Notes: generated from the sequence alone by a model not told the origin. DNA of 64,000 bases from Alkalispirochaeta sp. (GCA_965242725.1 CBDESZ010000025.1:96001-160000); one strand, 5' to 3'; shown: positions 28,839-39,391, counted from the stretch's first letter. A program made the numbers and translations.

Positions 28839-29810
28839 TTATCGGTTCACCGCCGCCAGCGGTTCCTTTCCTTCCATCACCAGAATGAGATTCTCCACCG
28901 CCATCGTCGCCTGTCGAACCACGCTCTCATAGGTCCGGGAGGCGATGTGGGGGGTGACGATGCAGCGCGGTGCGGAGAGGAGGGGATGGTTGGGCGGCGG
29001 CGGCTCCGCGTCCAGAACATCCGCGCCGTAGCCGCCCAGGCGGCCCGATCGCAGACTCTCCGCCACGGCGACGGAATCGACGAGCTCGCCCCGGGCGCAG
29101 TTGATGATGATCGCCCCTTCCTTCATGCGCGCAAGGGTGCCTGCATCGATCATATGACGCGTCTCGTCGGTGAGGTTTGTATGCAGGGAGATGATATCGC
29201 TCTGGGGGAGGAGGTCGGAGAGGGAGTCCGCCCGGGCGATGCCGTGCTCGGCGGCAAATTCCCCGGGCCAGTAGGTGTCATAGCCGACGACGGTGAGGCC
29301 GAAGGCGCGCGCCCGGAGGGCCACCTCTTTTCCGATACGGCCGAGACCGACGATGCCCATCGTTTTTCCGGCAATTTCATGGCCGATGAGACGCTTCCAT
29401 CCGCCGTTGCGGGTGATGGACGCCTCATCGACGATATTCTTTTCAAGGGTGAGGAGGAGGGCAAAGGTGTGTTCCGCCACGGTGACGTGGTTGACTCCCG
29501 GCGTATAACAGACGGGCAGGCCGTGCCGCGTCGCCGCCTCCACCTCAATCTTATCCACTCCGATGCCGTACTTGCTGATCACCATGAGGGCGGGACGGCC
29601 CGCCGTGAGGACCGCCTCGGTTATTTCGTCGTCTCCGCAGAGAAGGCCCGTCACCCCCGATATGAGGCCGACCATTTCCTTCTCCTTCAGCGGTCCCCGG
29701 GCGGTACGTATCTCCCACCCCTTCCTCGCGAGGAGCTCGTGGTGAGTGCCCGGGGTGTCCTGAAATGATGTCGTCGTCACCAGGACGACGGGAGTATTAT
29801 TTTCCGCCAC
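28839..29810 (-). CDS. D-isomer-specific 2-hydroxyacid dehydrogenase (SerA-like catalytic core)
   Basis: KYGIGVDKI, GLGRIG, INCARGELVD, DVLDAEP, TPHIAS. Confidence 0.9.
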   Translation of the reverse strand: MAENNTPVVLVTTTSFQDTPGTHHELLARKGWEIRTARGPLKEKEMVGLISGVTGLLCGDDEITEAVLTAGRPALMVISKYGIGVDKIEVEAATRHGLPVCYTPGVNHVTVAEHTFALLLTLEKNIVDEASITRNGGWKRLIGHEIAGKTMGIVGLGRIGKEVALRARAFGLTVVGYDTYWPGEFAAEHGIARADSLSDLLPQSDIISLHTNLTDETRHMIDAGTLARMKEGAIIINCARGELVDSVAVAESLRSGRLGGYGADVLDAEPPPPNHPLLSAPRCIVTPHIASRTYESVVRQATMAVENLILVMEGKEPLAAVNR

Positions 29811-30452
29811 TGCGCGCCGCCCGCACCGCCTGTACCGACTCGGCGGTAAGATTCCGAATCTTCCCGAAATCTCCCGCTTCCACGGCATCCGCCGGAACGA
29901 CCCAGCTTCCGCCCACGGCGGCGACGTTCTTCAGCGAGAGGTACTCCTTGAGATTGGCCAGGGACACGCCTCTCGGTGGGTACAAATCGCACCTGCGCGT
30001 AGGGGCCGCCCAGGGCCTTCAGCATCTTCACGCCGCCTGACGCTTCGGCGGGAAAGAACTTCAACACCTCCAGGCCGAACTCAAGACCCTGTTCCACGCC
30101 GGTGGGGTTGTTGACGCCGGGGGTGATGACGATGTTGTTGGTCACGCAGTATTCAACCACTTTCGGATTAAAGCCGGGGGTGACGATGTACGCGCGGCGC
30201 CGGCGTCTACCGCCTGCTTGACCTGATCCACGGTGAGGACCGTTCCGGCCCCCACCAGCACGTTGGGAGCACCTTCGGTGGCGCGCCGTATCGCCTCATC
30301 GGCGCCCGGCGGCACGAAAGGTGATCTCCGCGACGGGGAGGCCACCGTCGGCGAGGGCTCCCATGAGGGGCACCGCGTTCCTGGGGTTGTCGAGTTTGAT
30401 GACCGGGACGATGGGCCGGCTGTTACTCCAGTTGTTCCAATATGGGATTCAT
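29797..30452 (-). pseudogene. eda: KDPG/KHG aldolase with about 4-5 single-base frameshifts (probably sequencing errors)
   Basis: Fragments in different frames reconstruct IVPVIKLD, GGLPVAEITFR, LVGAGTVLT, TPGFNP, LKFFPAEASGG, FVPT, GVS, VAAVGGSW. Confidence 0.85.
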
Positions 30453-30483
30453 GTGGTCTGTCTCCTATTCTGTCGGTTTATTG

Positions 30484-31581
30484 TCAGCGATCGACCCGGG
30501 CGCTGCCGCCGGATACCAGTTTTTTCAACTTCCTTGAGGGACGCCATGGAGGTGTCGCCGGGCGTCGTCATTGCCAAGTGCGCCGTGGGCGACGCCGAAA
30601 TTGACGCATTTCTGGGGATCCATTTCATTGAGGAATCCGTAGATCATGCCCGATGCAAAGCTGTCGCCCCCGCCGACGCGGTCAAGAATTTCGAGCTTCG
30701 GGAGCTCCATGGAACGGTAAAAGGTGCCTCCCGTCCAGAGGAGCGCCTTCCAGTCGTTCACCGTCGCGGTATGCACTTCCCTGAGCGTCGATCGCCACGG
30801 CGTGAACATTCGGATATTTCTTTGTCACCGCCTCTATCATCTTTTCGTAGCTGGACTCATCCAGGTCGGTCAGGTTGTCCGATGCATCGATTTCGAATCC
30901 GAGACCCACGCTGAAATCCTCTTCATTTCCGATGAGGACGTCCACGTACGGGGCGATCTGTTTGTTCACTTCCTGAGCCGCCTTTGGTCCGCCCAAGGCC
31001 TTCCAGAGGGAGGATCGGTAGTTGAGGTCGTAGCTCACGATGGTGCCGTGCTTCTTCGCCGCCTTCACCGCCTCAATGAGCACGTCCGGCGTCGTTTCCG
31101 AGAGGCCCGCATAGATTCCTCCGGTATGAAACCACCGTACCCCTTCGGTCCCGAAGATGTGTTCCCAGTCGATATCGCCCTTCTTCAGCGCCGATGCGGC
31201 TGAACGGGCGCGATCGGAGGTACCCACCGCTCCGCGGACGCCGAAGCCCCGTTCGGTGAAGTTGAGCCCGATTCTCACGTCCCGGCCGATCCCGTCGTAA
31301 GGCATCCACCTGACGTGGCGCAGATCGACACCACCCTGGAGCATGAGATCCTCAAGAAGACGGCCAACATCATTGTCCGCCAGCGCGGTCACCACTGCCG
31401 TACGCAGGCCAAAGGCGCGGCGGAGTCCCCGGGCAACGTTGTACTCGCCTCCGCCCTCCCATACGTGGAACATTCTGGTTGTCCGTACCCGTCCCTCACC
31501 CGGGTCGAGTCGGATCATCACCTCACCAAGGGACAACTCGTCCCACATACAGTCCTTTGCAGGTCGTAATTGCATTGCCAA
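30484..31581 (-). pseudogene. kdgK: 2-keto-3-deoxygluconate kinase (PfkB family) with two frameshifts near 30790 and 30570 (probably sequencing errors)
   Basis: GGGEYNVARG, SYDLNYR, GNEEDF; second frame ILDRVGGGDSFASG; third frame AMTTPGDTSMA to SARVDR stop. Confidence 0.85.
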
Positions 31582-31713
31582 ACCTCTCCTGATCTATTTT
31601 TTTTGGCGGAACGGCTGTCCTGAACGGTCCGTTCCTCTCGTCTGCATTCTATCATAGCGACCCGGGTGAAGCGTCCGGTGTCGTCGCCATACCCGCCGAG
31701 TCGGAAATGTGTC

Positions 31714-31729
31714 TTGAAAACGCTTCTAA
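31714..31729. promoter_or_regulatory. Candidate LacI-family operator (kdgK side)
   Basis: TTGAAAACGCTTCTAA is an imperfect palindrome with central CG, typical of LacI/GalR sites. Confidence 0.5.
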
Positions 31730-31870
31730 TTATGATGTGCTCAATCTTCCTTTTTTTCAAGAGAAAATCGCCGTTGAGACGGGGAATACCGATATTCGGC
31801 GGAAATTCGCGATGATTTTCCTTGCATTACCCCGAAACCCGCGGTAAGATCGGTCCACACTGAAAATAAA

Positions 31871-31890
31871 TTATGAAAGCGCTGCCATAA
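31871..31890. promoter_or_regulatory. Candidate LacI-family operator (TRAP operon side)
   Basis: TTATGAAAGCGCTGCCATAA is an imperfect palindrome centred on AGCGCT, 45 nt upstream of ATG 31936. Confidence 0.6.
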
Positions 31891-31935
31891 ACCGGCTGCG
31901 TTTTTATGCAACGAATCACAAATGGAGATGCGTAT

Positions 31936-32950
31936 ATGTCCGACGAAATGGTAACCCTACAGAAGAATGAATTGGAGACGATGGTCGTTCGTCGTCTTAC
32001 GGAAGTAGGCATGACTGAAGAAGACGCCCGGGTGGTCGCGGACGTCCTTATTTTTGCCGATTTGAGGGGTACCCACTCCCACGGCGTCCTGCGGGTTGAG
32101 CATTACGCCAATCGCGTGCGCAAAGGCGGCATGAATCTGAATCCCGACCTGTCGGTACAACAGATACGCCCCGCCGTGGGACTGATCAACGCCGACGGTG
32201 GTATCGGTCACGTGGCTGCAAAAAAGGCGACCCAGTTTGCCATTGAAGCGGCGCGCACGCACGGTATCGGTCTCGTGGGCATTCAGAACAGCAGCCATTG
32301 CGGCGCCCTCGCATATTACGTCGACATGGCGATCAACGAAAAAATGATGGCGATGGTTACCGCCAACACCGATGCATGTGTCGTTCCTTTCGGCGGGGGG
32401 AAGCCCTTTTTCGGCACCAACCCCTTCGCATTCGGCTTTCCCGGCCGGACCGACTCCATGCTTCTGGACATGGCAACCAGCGAGGTAGCCTTCGGCAAGA
32501 TTTTCTACGCCCGGGAAAAGAAGATCGCCATTCCCCGAGGGGTGGGCGGTCACCAAGGACGGAGAGCCCACCACCGACGCCGACGCGGCGTTCTCCCTCT
32601 TCCCCTTCGGCGGACACAAGGGATACGGCATCAACATGATGGTGGAGGCGCTGACGGGACTGCTTGTGGGCGGCGTATTCGGTCCTCACGTTCGTCCGAT
32701 GTACGCGCAGCTCGAGACGTATCGCAACCTTTCAAGTTTTCACCTGGTCATCGACCCGACAATTTTCATCGGCGAAAATGTCTACGCCACGGCGCAGCAG
32801 ATGATCGACGAACTCCACGCTCAGCAGCCGGCGCCCGGATTTGAGGGTGTGAAACTGCCCGGTGAAATTGAAGCGCAGACGATGAAAGAGTCCCTCATCA
32901 AGGGTATCTCCATTCCCAAGACAATTTACGACTTTCTTTCACAGGAATAG
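31936..32950 (+). CDS. Ldh_2-family dehydrogenase (AllD/YjmC-like) with one frameshift at the C-run 32533-32536
   Basis: ADLRGTHSHGVLR, SSHCGALAYY, FGTNPFAFGFP, LDMATS. Removing one C gives IPEGWAV, PFGGHKGYG and LPGE in frame. Confidence 0.85.
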
Positions 32951-32959
32951 GAGGCAGTC

Positions 32960-33484
32960 GTGACTCAACGGTCCGAATCTATTGTACGGGTGATGGGGTA
33001 TATCAACCACGCGATTCTCGTGGTTGAGAAGTCCGTCCTCGTCATCCTCATGGTGGGGATGCTCGTCTTCGGCTTTCTCCAGGTTTTTTCCCGCTTTGTA
33101 TTAAAGGCGCCGATCGGGTGGTCCGAGGAGCTTCTCACCTATTCCTTTACATGGGCGAGCTTTATGGGCGCCAGTATGGCGATCTATACAAACTCCCATT
33201 TTTCGGTTGATCTGGTGACAAAGCACTTTTCCCCCCGGCTGCTCAAGGGAGTCCGTATCCTGATCTGGCTGCTCATTTGCATATTTTCGCTCTTTCTTCT
33301 GGTCATGGGAACGCGACTGGCCCTGGCAAACACGATACAGCGTATGAATATTCTTCCGATTTCAATGTTCTGGGCGTATCTCGCGATGCCCGTGGCGGGT
33401 GCGTTCATTTTCATTCACGGAGTCGAGAAGACGACGGAAGTGATTCTCAACATCGAATCTGAAGAGGTGGAGGACGACGAATGA
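32960..33484 (+). CDS. TRAP transporter small permease (DctQ family)
   Basis: QVFSRFV, WSEEL, HFSVD; 4 TM. Confidence 0.92.
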   Translation: MTQRSESIVRVMGYINHAILVVEKSVLVILMVGMLVFGFLQVFSRFVLKAPIGWSEELLTYSFTWASFMGASMAIYTNSHFSVDLVTKHFSPRLLKGVRILIWLLICIFSLFLLVMGTRLALANTIQRMNILPISMFWAYLAMPVAGAFIFIHGVEKTTEVILNIESEEVEDDE

Positions 33485-34764
33485 TTGCCACACTGTTTTT
33501 GACCTTTGTCGTCCTGCTGATCCTGGAAATGCCGGTATCCTTTTCCCTCCTCATTTCCACGGTCGTTTCCATGGCGGTATTCAGCGATATCGATCTCTTT
33601 GCAATTGTCGTGAAGATGTTCCGTGCCAGCAGCAATTTCAGCCTGATCGCCGTACCCTTCTTCATTCTGGCGGGGGGCTTCATGGACAGCGGCGGAATTT
33701 CCCGGCGCCTGGTAACCTTTGCCTCCAACATCATCGGCCACATACGAGGCGGCCTTGCCAACGCGAGCGTCATGGCTGCCATGTTCTTTGCCGGTCTTTC
33801 AGGCGCAGCGGCGGCGGATACGGCAGCCGTCGGAAGCCTCCTGATTCCCGCGATGAAGCGCAAGGGCTACGGGAAGGATATCGCTACCAGCGTCATGGCA
33901 ACTGCAGGCTCCATCGGAATCGTCATTCCCCCGAGCATCCCCATGATTATCCTGGGTGTAACCGCAGGTATATCAATCGGCGGAATGTTCATGGGTGGAA
34001 TCCTTCCGGGTGTTCTCATCGGTGTCTTTCTCATGGCGGTGAACATCATTTATACCAAAGTCAGAAAGATCGATCCCGAGCCGAGGGCGACGGTGCGGGA
34101 GATGCTCCGTTCCTTTGCGGATTCCTTTCTCGCCCTCTTTACGGTGGTCATCATCGTCGGGGGAATCACCGCCGGCATCTTTACCGCCACCGAGGCGTCC
34201 GTCGTCGCGGCGCTCTACGCCTTTATCGTCGGATTCTTCGTCTACAAGGAACTGAAATTCAGGGATCTGCCGAAAGTGCTCGTCAAGTCGGCGCTCACAA
34301 CGGGAGTCGTGGTTCTTACAATCGCCGCAGCCGCCAGTTTCGGATGGGTCCTTGCAGCGGAGCAGATACCGACGCAGATCGCCAATTTTCTCGTCTCAAT
34401 CACCGACAGCAAGTGGTTGCTCCTGATACTGATCAACTTGCTCTTTGTCGTCCTGGGAACCTTTCTTGATCCTTCCGCGATCATTATCATCGTCGTTCCC
34501 ATCATCTGGCCGGTGGTTCAGACCCTGGGGATTCATCCCATTCATTTCGGCGTCATGACGATCGTCAATATGGCGATCGGTCAATGTACGCCCCCTGTCG
34601 GTGTCGCCCTCTTTGTCGCATCGGGTATTTCCGGCGCCAGGCTGAGCGACATGATGGGTACCTATATGAGGTATATCGGTTCCATGGTGCTTGTGTTGCT
34701 CCTGGTCATCTTTATACCCGCAATTTCGCTCTGGATACCTGGTCTGACCGGGTATATCCGATAA
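33481..34764 (+). CDS. TRAP transporter large permease (DctM family)
   Basis: AVPFFILAG, SGAAAAD, IPPSIPMI, FTATEAS, IGQCTPPVG. Confidence 0.95.
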   Translation: MIATLFLTFVVLLILEMPVSFSLLISTVVSMAVFSDIDLFAIVVKMFRASSNFSLIAVPFFILAGGFMDSGGISRRLVTFASNIIGHIRGGLANASVMAAMFFAGLSGAAAADTAAVGSLLIPAMKRKGYGKDIATSVMATAGSIGIVIPPSIPMIILGVTAGISIGGMFMGGILPGVLIGVFLMAVNIIYTKVRKIDPEPRATVREMLRSFADSFLALFTVVIIVGGITAGIFTATEASVVAALYAFIVGFFVYKELKFRDLPKVLVKSALTTGVVVLTIAAAASFGWVLAAEQIPTQIANFLVSITDSKWLLLILINLLFVVLGTFLDPSAIIIIVVPIIWPVVQTLGIHPIHFGVMTIVNMAIGQCTPPVGVALFVASGISGARLSDMMGTYMRYIGSMVLVLLLVIFIPAISLWIPGLTGYIR

Positions 34765-34785
34765 AAAAATTCTTCTGGAGGTTTT

Positions 34786-35784
34786 ATGAAGAAGTTTGGT
34801 GCAGTACTGGTATTGGCCCTCGTCGCAACGTTCGTGTTTGCCGGCGGACAGGGTGAAGGATCTTCGGCAGATAAGCCGATGACACTCAGAGTCACAAACA
34901 CCCTGCCCATGGATCACCCCATGAACATGGCGTTGCAGGTTTTTTCAGACGGCGTTGCCGAGCGGACCGAGGGGCGTATTTCGGTGGAAATTTTCCCCAA
35001 TAGTCAGCTTGGTGGAAACGAGGAAATGGTTGAAGGTGTGCAACTCGGCACCATCGACATGGCCAACCAGTTTGCCGGCGCCTTTGCAAACTACGTTCCG
35101 GAAATGGAAGTCCTCGCCCTGGCGTTCCTCTTCCAGTCGGAAGAACACCTCTATGCGTCTCTCAATGGAGAGCCCGGTGATATCCTCGCCGACGCGCTTC
35201 TCGAGAAGGGCTTTGTTCCCCTCGGATACTTCTACGGCGGATCCAGAAGTCTCATGAACAACGTACGTCCCATCAATCGTCCGTCGGACCTCAACGGTCT
35301 GAAGATCCGGACCATTCCTACCAATATCACCCTGGAAGGAATCAACCGCATGGGCGCAATCGCAACTCCCATGAGCCAGGCCGACGTATACTCGGCACTG
35401 GAGCAGGGCGTTCTTGACGGCTGGGAAAACAGCCCCATCACCCTCTACACCCTGCGTCTCCATGAAGTGACAAAGTACGTCTCCTGGACGCGCCACTTCA
35501 TGACCCCCGACCTCTTCGCCATTTCGGCCAAGACGTGGGCAAAGCTTTCCGACGCCGACAAGGCGATCATCCGGGAAGAGGCTCAGAAGGCGGTCGAGTA
35601 TGAACGTGGTATCTGGGCGGAGAATTCCGCAGCAGCCGTTGAAGCGCTCCTTGAAGAAGGGGTTGAATTCAACGACGTTGCAGATCTCGACGCATTCCGG
35701 GAAGCAACCAGCTCCCTCTGGGACGAGTACGAGGCAAAATACCAGAACGGCCTCATTGACGCCGTTCTCGCCGCAGCGGAATAA
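34786..35784 (+). CDS. TRAP substrate-binding protein (DctP family)
   Basis: Signal ending VFAGGQGE; FPNSQLG; DLNGLKIRT with the carboxylate-binding Arg; VYSALEQGVLDGWEN. Confidence 0.95.
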   Translation: MKKFGAVLVLALVATFVFAGGQGEGSSADKPMTLRVTNTLPMDHPMNMALQVFSDGVAERTEGRISVEIFPNSQLGGNEEMVEGVQLGTIDMANQFAGAFANYVPEMEVLALAFLFQSEEHLYASLNGEPGDILADALLEKGFVPLGYFYGGSRSLMNNVRPINRPSDLNGLKIRTIPTNITLEGINRMGAIATPMSQADVYSALEQGVLDGWENSPITLYTLRLHEVTKYVSWTRHFMTPDLFAISAKTWAKLSDADKAIIREEAQKAVEYERGIWAENSAAAVEALLEEGVEFNDVADLDAFREATSSLWDEYEAKYQNGLIDAVLAAAE

Positions 35785-35806
35785 TTCCGCGCGGTAACTG
35801 CAGAGC

Positions 35807-35838
35807 AAGGCAGGACTTTCGGGTCCTGCCTTTTCTTT
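35807..35838 (+). terminator. Rho-independent terminator or stabilising hairpin after dctP
   Basis: AAGGCAGGACT-TTCG-GGTCCTGCCTT followed by a T-rich tail. Confidence 0.8.
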
Positions 35839-35863
35839 CCCGTCAGATGAGCATGAGGCACAC

Positions 35864-36328
35864 ATGATCTATGGAAACATCAACCTGCCGGTAAGCGTGG
35901 CTACCACGCCGCCGGTGATACAACGGGCGTTGACCTATCTCAAGGAGACCGACCTTGAGGCCCTCGATTTCGGCGTCTATGAGCCTGACAGGGATTTTTC
36001 CGTTCAGGTTATCGATCTAACCACAAGGGAAAAATCCGATGCCAAGGCGGAGATACACCGTAAAAAACTCGATATTCACTTCTCAATAACCGGGGAAGAG
36101 ACGGTCTACTGCCGCGTTCACCCGACGGATCAACCCATCGCGGATGATCAGTTTGCCGATCGGGACATCGGTTTCTATGATAGCATGGACGAAGAGGTGG
36201 AATTCCCCCTGCAGCGCGGCGATTTCGTCGTCTTCTTTCCCGGGGAGATCCACAGACCGGGTTGCAGGAAGGACCAGGTGAAACGGATAAAAAAAATAGT
36301 TGTCAAAATAGCGGGAGAGCTCGTGTAG
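35864..36328 (+). CDS. YhcH/YjgK/YiaL (NanQ-like) family protein
   Basis: EIHRKKLDIH, DIGFY, FFPGEIHRP, KKIVVKI. Confidence 0.9.
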   Translation: MIYGNINLPVSVATTPPVIQRALTYLKETDLEALDFGVYEPDRDFSVQVIDLTTREKSDAKAEIHRKKLDIHFSITGEETVYCRVHPTDQPIADDQFADRDIGFYDSMDEEVEFPLQRGDFVVFFPGEIHRPGCRKDQVKRIKKIVVKIAGELV

Positions 36329-36338
36329 CGGTACCGAT

Positions 36339-37331
36339 GTGAATATTTACGATATTGCAGCCAAAGCGGGCGTCTCGATCTCGACGGTATCCCGTGTCCT
36401 GAACAACCACCCCAATGTGAAAAAGGATACACGGGAGCGGGTGCTCGCCGTATTGGAGAAGCATAACTACGTCCCCAGCGCGGTTGCCCAGAGCCTCGTG
36501 AATAAATCAACCCGTGCTATCGGCGTCATGGTGCTCGACATTCGTCATTTGCACTATGCAAACATCGCCTTCACCATTGAACAGAAGTTGAGCGCCTACG
36601 GGTATAACGCGATTCTCTGTAATACCGGCTATGACAGTGAGAAGATGGTCGACTATATCCGTGTCCTTGCGGAAAAGCAGGTGGACGGCGTTATTATGGT
36701 CGGTTCCATTCTTTCCTGCGCGGTCATAGAGACGAGCATCGACAGATTCCTCAGGAACACGCCCGTGGTTATGCACAATACCACGATCCGCAGACCCAAT
36801 ATCTACAACATTTCCACCGAAGAGACTCACGGTATCGTCCTTGCCATGGACTATTTTGTGGGAGAAAAGGGAATCCGTGAGGTCGCCTTCGTTCAGGATT
36901 ACGAAACCACGGTAGGTTACGGGAAGCAGCGCGTCTACAGGGATAAACTTGAAGAATACAACATCCCTTATACCAAGGAACTCGTCGTGCGGACCACGAG
37001 CGGAATCGAGGGGGGAGTCACCGCGGCGGACACATTGTTGGACCGGGGCGTTCCCTTCCGGGCGCTTACCGGCTGCGACGATCTCACCTGCCTCGGGGCA
37101 ATGCGACGGTTTCAGGAACGGGGGGTCCGGGTGCCCGACGACGTCGAGATCATCGGCTTCAACAATACGGTCTTTTCCCGGATTTCCAGTCCCGCCCTGA
37201 CGGTGGTGGACAACAAGGAAGAGACAACGGGCATTATGCTTGCCAGAACGATGGCGGACATTCTCAGACAACGGGACGTTCCCGCCCAGATGCTGATATA
37301 CCCGGAACTGATTCTGCGGGAAACGACGTGA
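36339..37331 (+). CDS. LacI-family transcriptional regulator
   Basis: IYDIAAKAGVSISTVSRVLN HTH, YVPSAVAQSL hinge, VPDDVEIIGFN. Confidence 0.95.
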   Translation: MNIYDIAAKAGVSISTVSRVLNNHPNVKKDTRERVLAVLEKHNYVPSAVAQSLVNKSTRAIGVMVLDIRHLHYANIAFTIEQKLSAYGYNAILCNTGYDSEKMVDYIRVLAEKQVDGVIMVGSILSCAVIETSIDRFLRNTPVVMHNTTIRRPNIYNISTEETHGIVLAMDYFVGEKGIREVAFVQDYETTVGYGKQRVYRDKLEEYNIPYTKELVVRTTSGIEGGVTAADTLLDRGVPFRALTGCDDLTCLGAMRRFQERGVRVPDDVEIIGFNNTVFSRISSPALTVVDNKEETTGIMLARTMADILRQRDVPAQMLIYPELILRETT

Positions 37332-37344
37332 AAGAGAGACGACA

Positions 37345-38385
37345 ATGAATGTATTTCCACATCAACAGCTGCATGCATGGGCGACAGAAATACTGCATGC
37401 CGCGGGAATGGAACGGGATGTCGCGGCGATCGTTGCAACGATCCTTGTAGAAGCCGACCTTATGGGCCATTCCACCCACGGATTGGCCCTCGTGCCCCCG
37501 TATGCAGCGGAACTCCGATCCGGAAAAATGGGCACCGGCGGCGTCTACGATACGATAAGCGATCGCCCCGGCGCCGTCGTCTGGGACGGTGCCTATTCGT
37601 CGGGCGTCTTTCTGACGGCCCGCGCAATCGATGAAGGGTTGAGGAGAATTGATGACACACCCGTTGTCACCTTTGCGATACGACGCGCACACCATATCGG
37701 ATGCCTTGCGGCGTACATGCCCCGGGTGATCGAGAGAGGAAAGATTGCGATCATCGCCGCTTCCGACCCAAACGCGGCGATCGTTGCGCCCTTCGGCGGC
37801 AGGACGGCGGTGTACTCCCCCAATCCCGTTGCCATCGGTGTTCCCGCCGGACCGTCGGGGCCCATTATTGTCGATATCAGCACCTCCGTGACCGCTGCCG
37901 GCGTCGTAAATGCGCACCGACGGCAGAATACTCCGCTTCCCGGGCGATGGCTCCTCGACGGTGAGGGCAACGCGACTGATGATCCGGCGGCATTGAGCGG
38001 CGACCCTCCCGGTACGATTTTGCCTCTCGGCGGTATCGACGCGGGATACAAGGGATACGCTCTTGGACTGATGGTGGAAGCTCTGACGTCGGGGCTCGCC
38101 GGGTTTGGACGTCGGAATGGACCGACCAACTGGGGTACGTCGGTTTTTGTACAGCTTTTTGACCCGGAGGCTTTCGGCGGTCTTGAGAATCTTGAAGCGG
38201 AAATGGCGTGGACGACTGCCGCCTGTCGCGCCGCCGAACCTCGGGAAGGGTATGAGCGTGTCCGTGTTCCCGGAGACCGCGCCCTTCAGCTGAAAGCGCA
38301 GCAGATGCGGGACGGCGTCGTCCTTTCAGACGCGATCGTCGAGGGAATCAGAAAAACCGCGGAAGCAGTTGGAGTTGACTTATGA
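37345..38385 (+). CDS. Second Ldh_2-family oxidoreductase
   Basis: ADLMGHSTHGL, HHIGCLAAY, SPNPVA, DISTS, GYKGYAL, RVPG. Confidence 0.9.
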   Translation: MNVFPHQQLHAWATEILHAAGMERDVAAIVATILVEADLMGHSTHGLALVPPYAAELRSGKMGTGGVYDTISDRPGAVVWDGAYSSGVFLTARAIDEGLRRIDDTPVVTFAIRRAHHIGCLAAYMPRVIERGKIAIIAASDPNAAIVAPFGGRTAVYSPNPVAIGVPAGPSGPIIVDISTSVTAAGVVNAHRRQNTPLPGRWLLDGEGNATDDPAALSGDPPGTILPLGGIDAGYKGYALGLMVEALTSGLAGFGRRNGPTNWGTSVFVQLFDPEAFGGLENLEAEMAWTTAACRAAEPREGYERVRVPGDRALQLKAQQMRDGVVLSDAIVEGIRKTAEAVGVDL

Positions 38386-39368
38386 GCGAAATGGTACGGT
38401 GGGGAATTATCGGTGCCGGTGACGTCTGTGAAAAAAAGAGCGGTCCCGGTCTCTACAAAGCGCCGGGGTCCCGGCTCACTGCGATCACCAAACGAAGTGA
38501 AGAGGCGGCCCGGGATTTTGCGGCCCGCCACAACGTCGGGCGGTGGTACACCGATCCGGAACGATTGATACACGATCCGGAGGTCGATGTCGTGTATGTC
38601 GCCACACCGCCCCATCTTCATCGGCAATTTGCCGAGGCGGCGATGAACGCGGGGAAATCGGTGCTTGTTGAAAAACCGATGGCCACCAGTGCGGTCGATT
38701 GCGACGCAATGATTGAATGCGCCCGGGCAAACGGCGTTTCCCTCTGGGTCGCTTACTATCGCCGGGGACTACAGAAATTCATCGATATCAAGGACGCCCT
38801 GGACTCGGGAGCGATCGGAACGCCGAACAGCGTCATTGTGGAGTTCAGCCAGAATCGTGACCGCTACAGCGGCTCAGGCGACAATGAGTTGTGGCGGGTC
38901 AATCCGGAATCGGCGGGCGCGGGAATCGTCGCCGATATGGGCAGCCACATGCTTGATCTGGTGGACTGGTTCCTCGGGCCCTTGTCCTCCGTTCACGCCG
39001 TCGCGGTCAATCGTGCCGGCGACTATGACGCGGAGGACGTGGTGACTGCGGCGTTCACCACGGGCGGTCCCGCCGTCGGCGCCGCCATATGGGACTTTTC
39101 CGGACGGATGGAAGTGGACCGGACGGTCATTCGCGGCAGCGAGGGGACGATCGAGTTTTCAACATTTGATGACGCCCCCGCCCGTTTGACGAAGGACGGA
39201 GTCACCGTCGAAATGGTCCGTCGCCCCTTTCCTGAACACGTGCATCAGCCGCTCATCGAGCTGATTCTTGAAGAGATCAGGGGCGGCGCCCCTGCGCCGA
39301 CTACCGCCACGAGCGGTGCACGAACGAACCGAGTGCTCGACGCCCTTGTTGCGTCGTACTACCGCTGA
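38382..39368 (+). CDS. Gfo/Idh/MocA-family oxidoreductase
   Basis: WGIIGAGDV, YVATPPHLH, VEKPMA, AYYRR, DMGSHMLD. Confidence 0.93.
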   Translation: MSEMVRWGIIGAGDVCEKKSGPGLYKAPGSRLTAITKRSEEAARDFAARHNVGRWYTDPERLIHDPEVDVVYVATPPHLHRQFAEAAMNAGKSVLVEKPMATSAVDCDAMIECARANGVSLWVAYYRRGLQKFIDIKDALDSGAIGTPNSVIVEFSQNRDRYSGSGDNELWRVNPESAGAGIVADMGSHMLDLVDWFLGPLSSVHAVAVNRAGDYDAEDVVTAAFTTGGPAVGAAIWDFSGRMEVDRTVIRGSEGTIEFSTFDDAPARLTKDGVTVEMVRRPFPEHVHQPLIELILEEIRGGAPAPTTATSGARTNRVLDALVASYYR

Positions 39369-39391
39369 AGGGTGGATACCGACGGGGCGTT

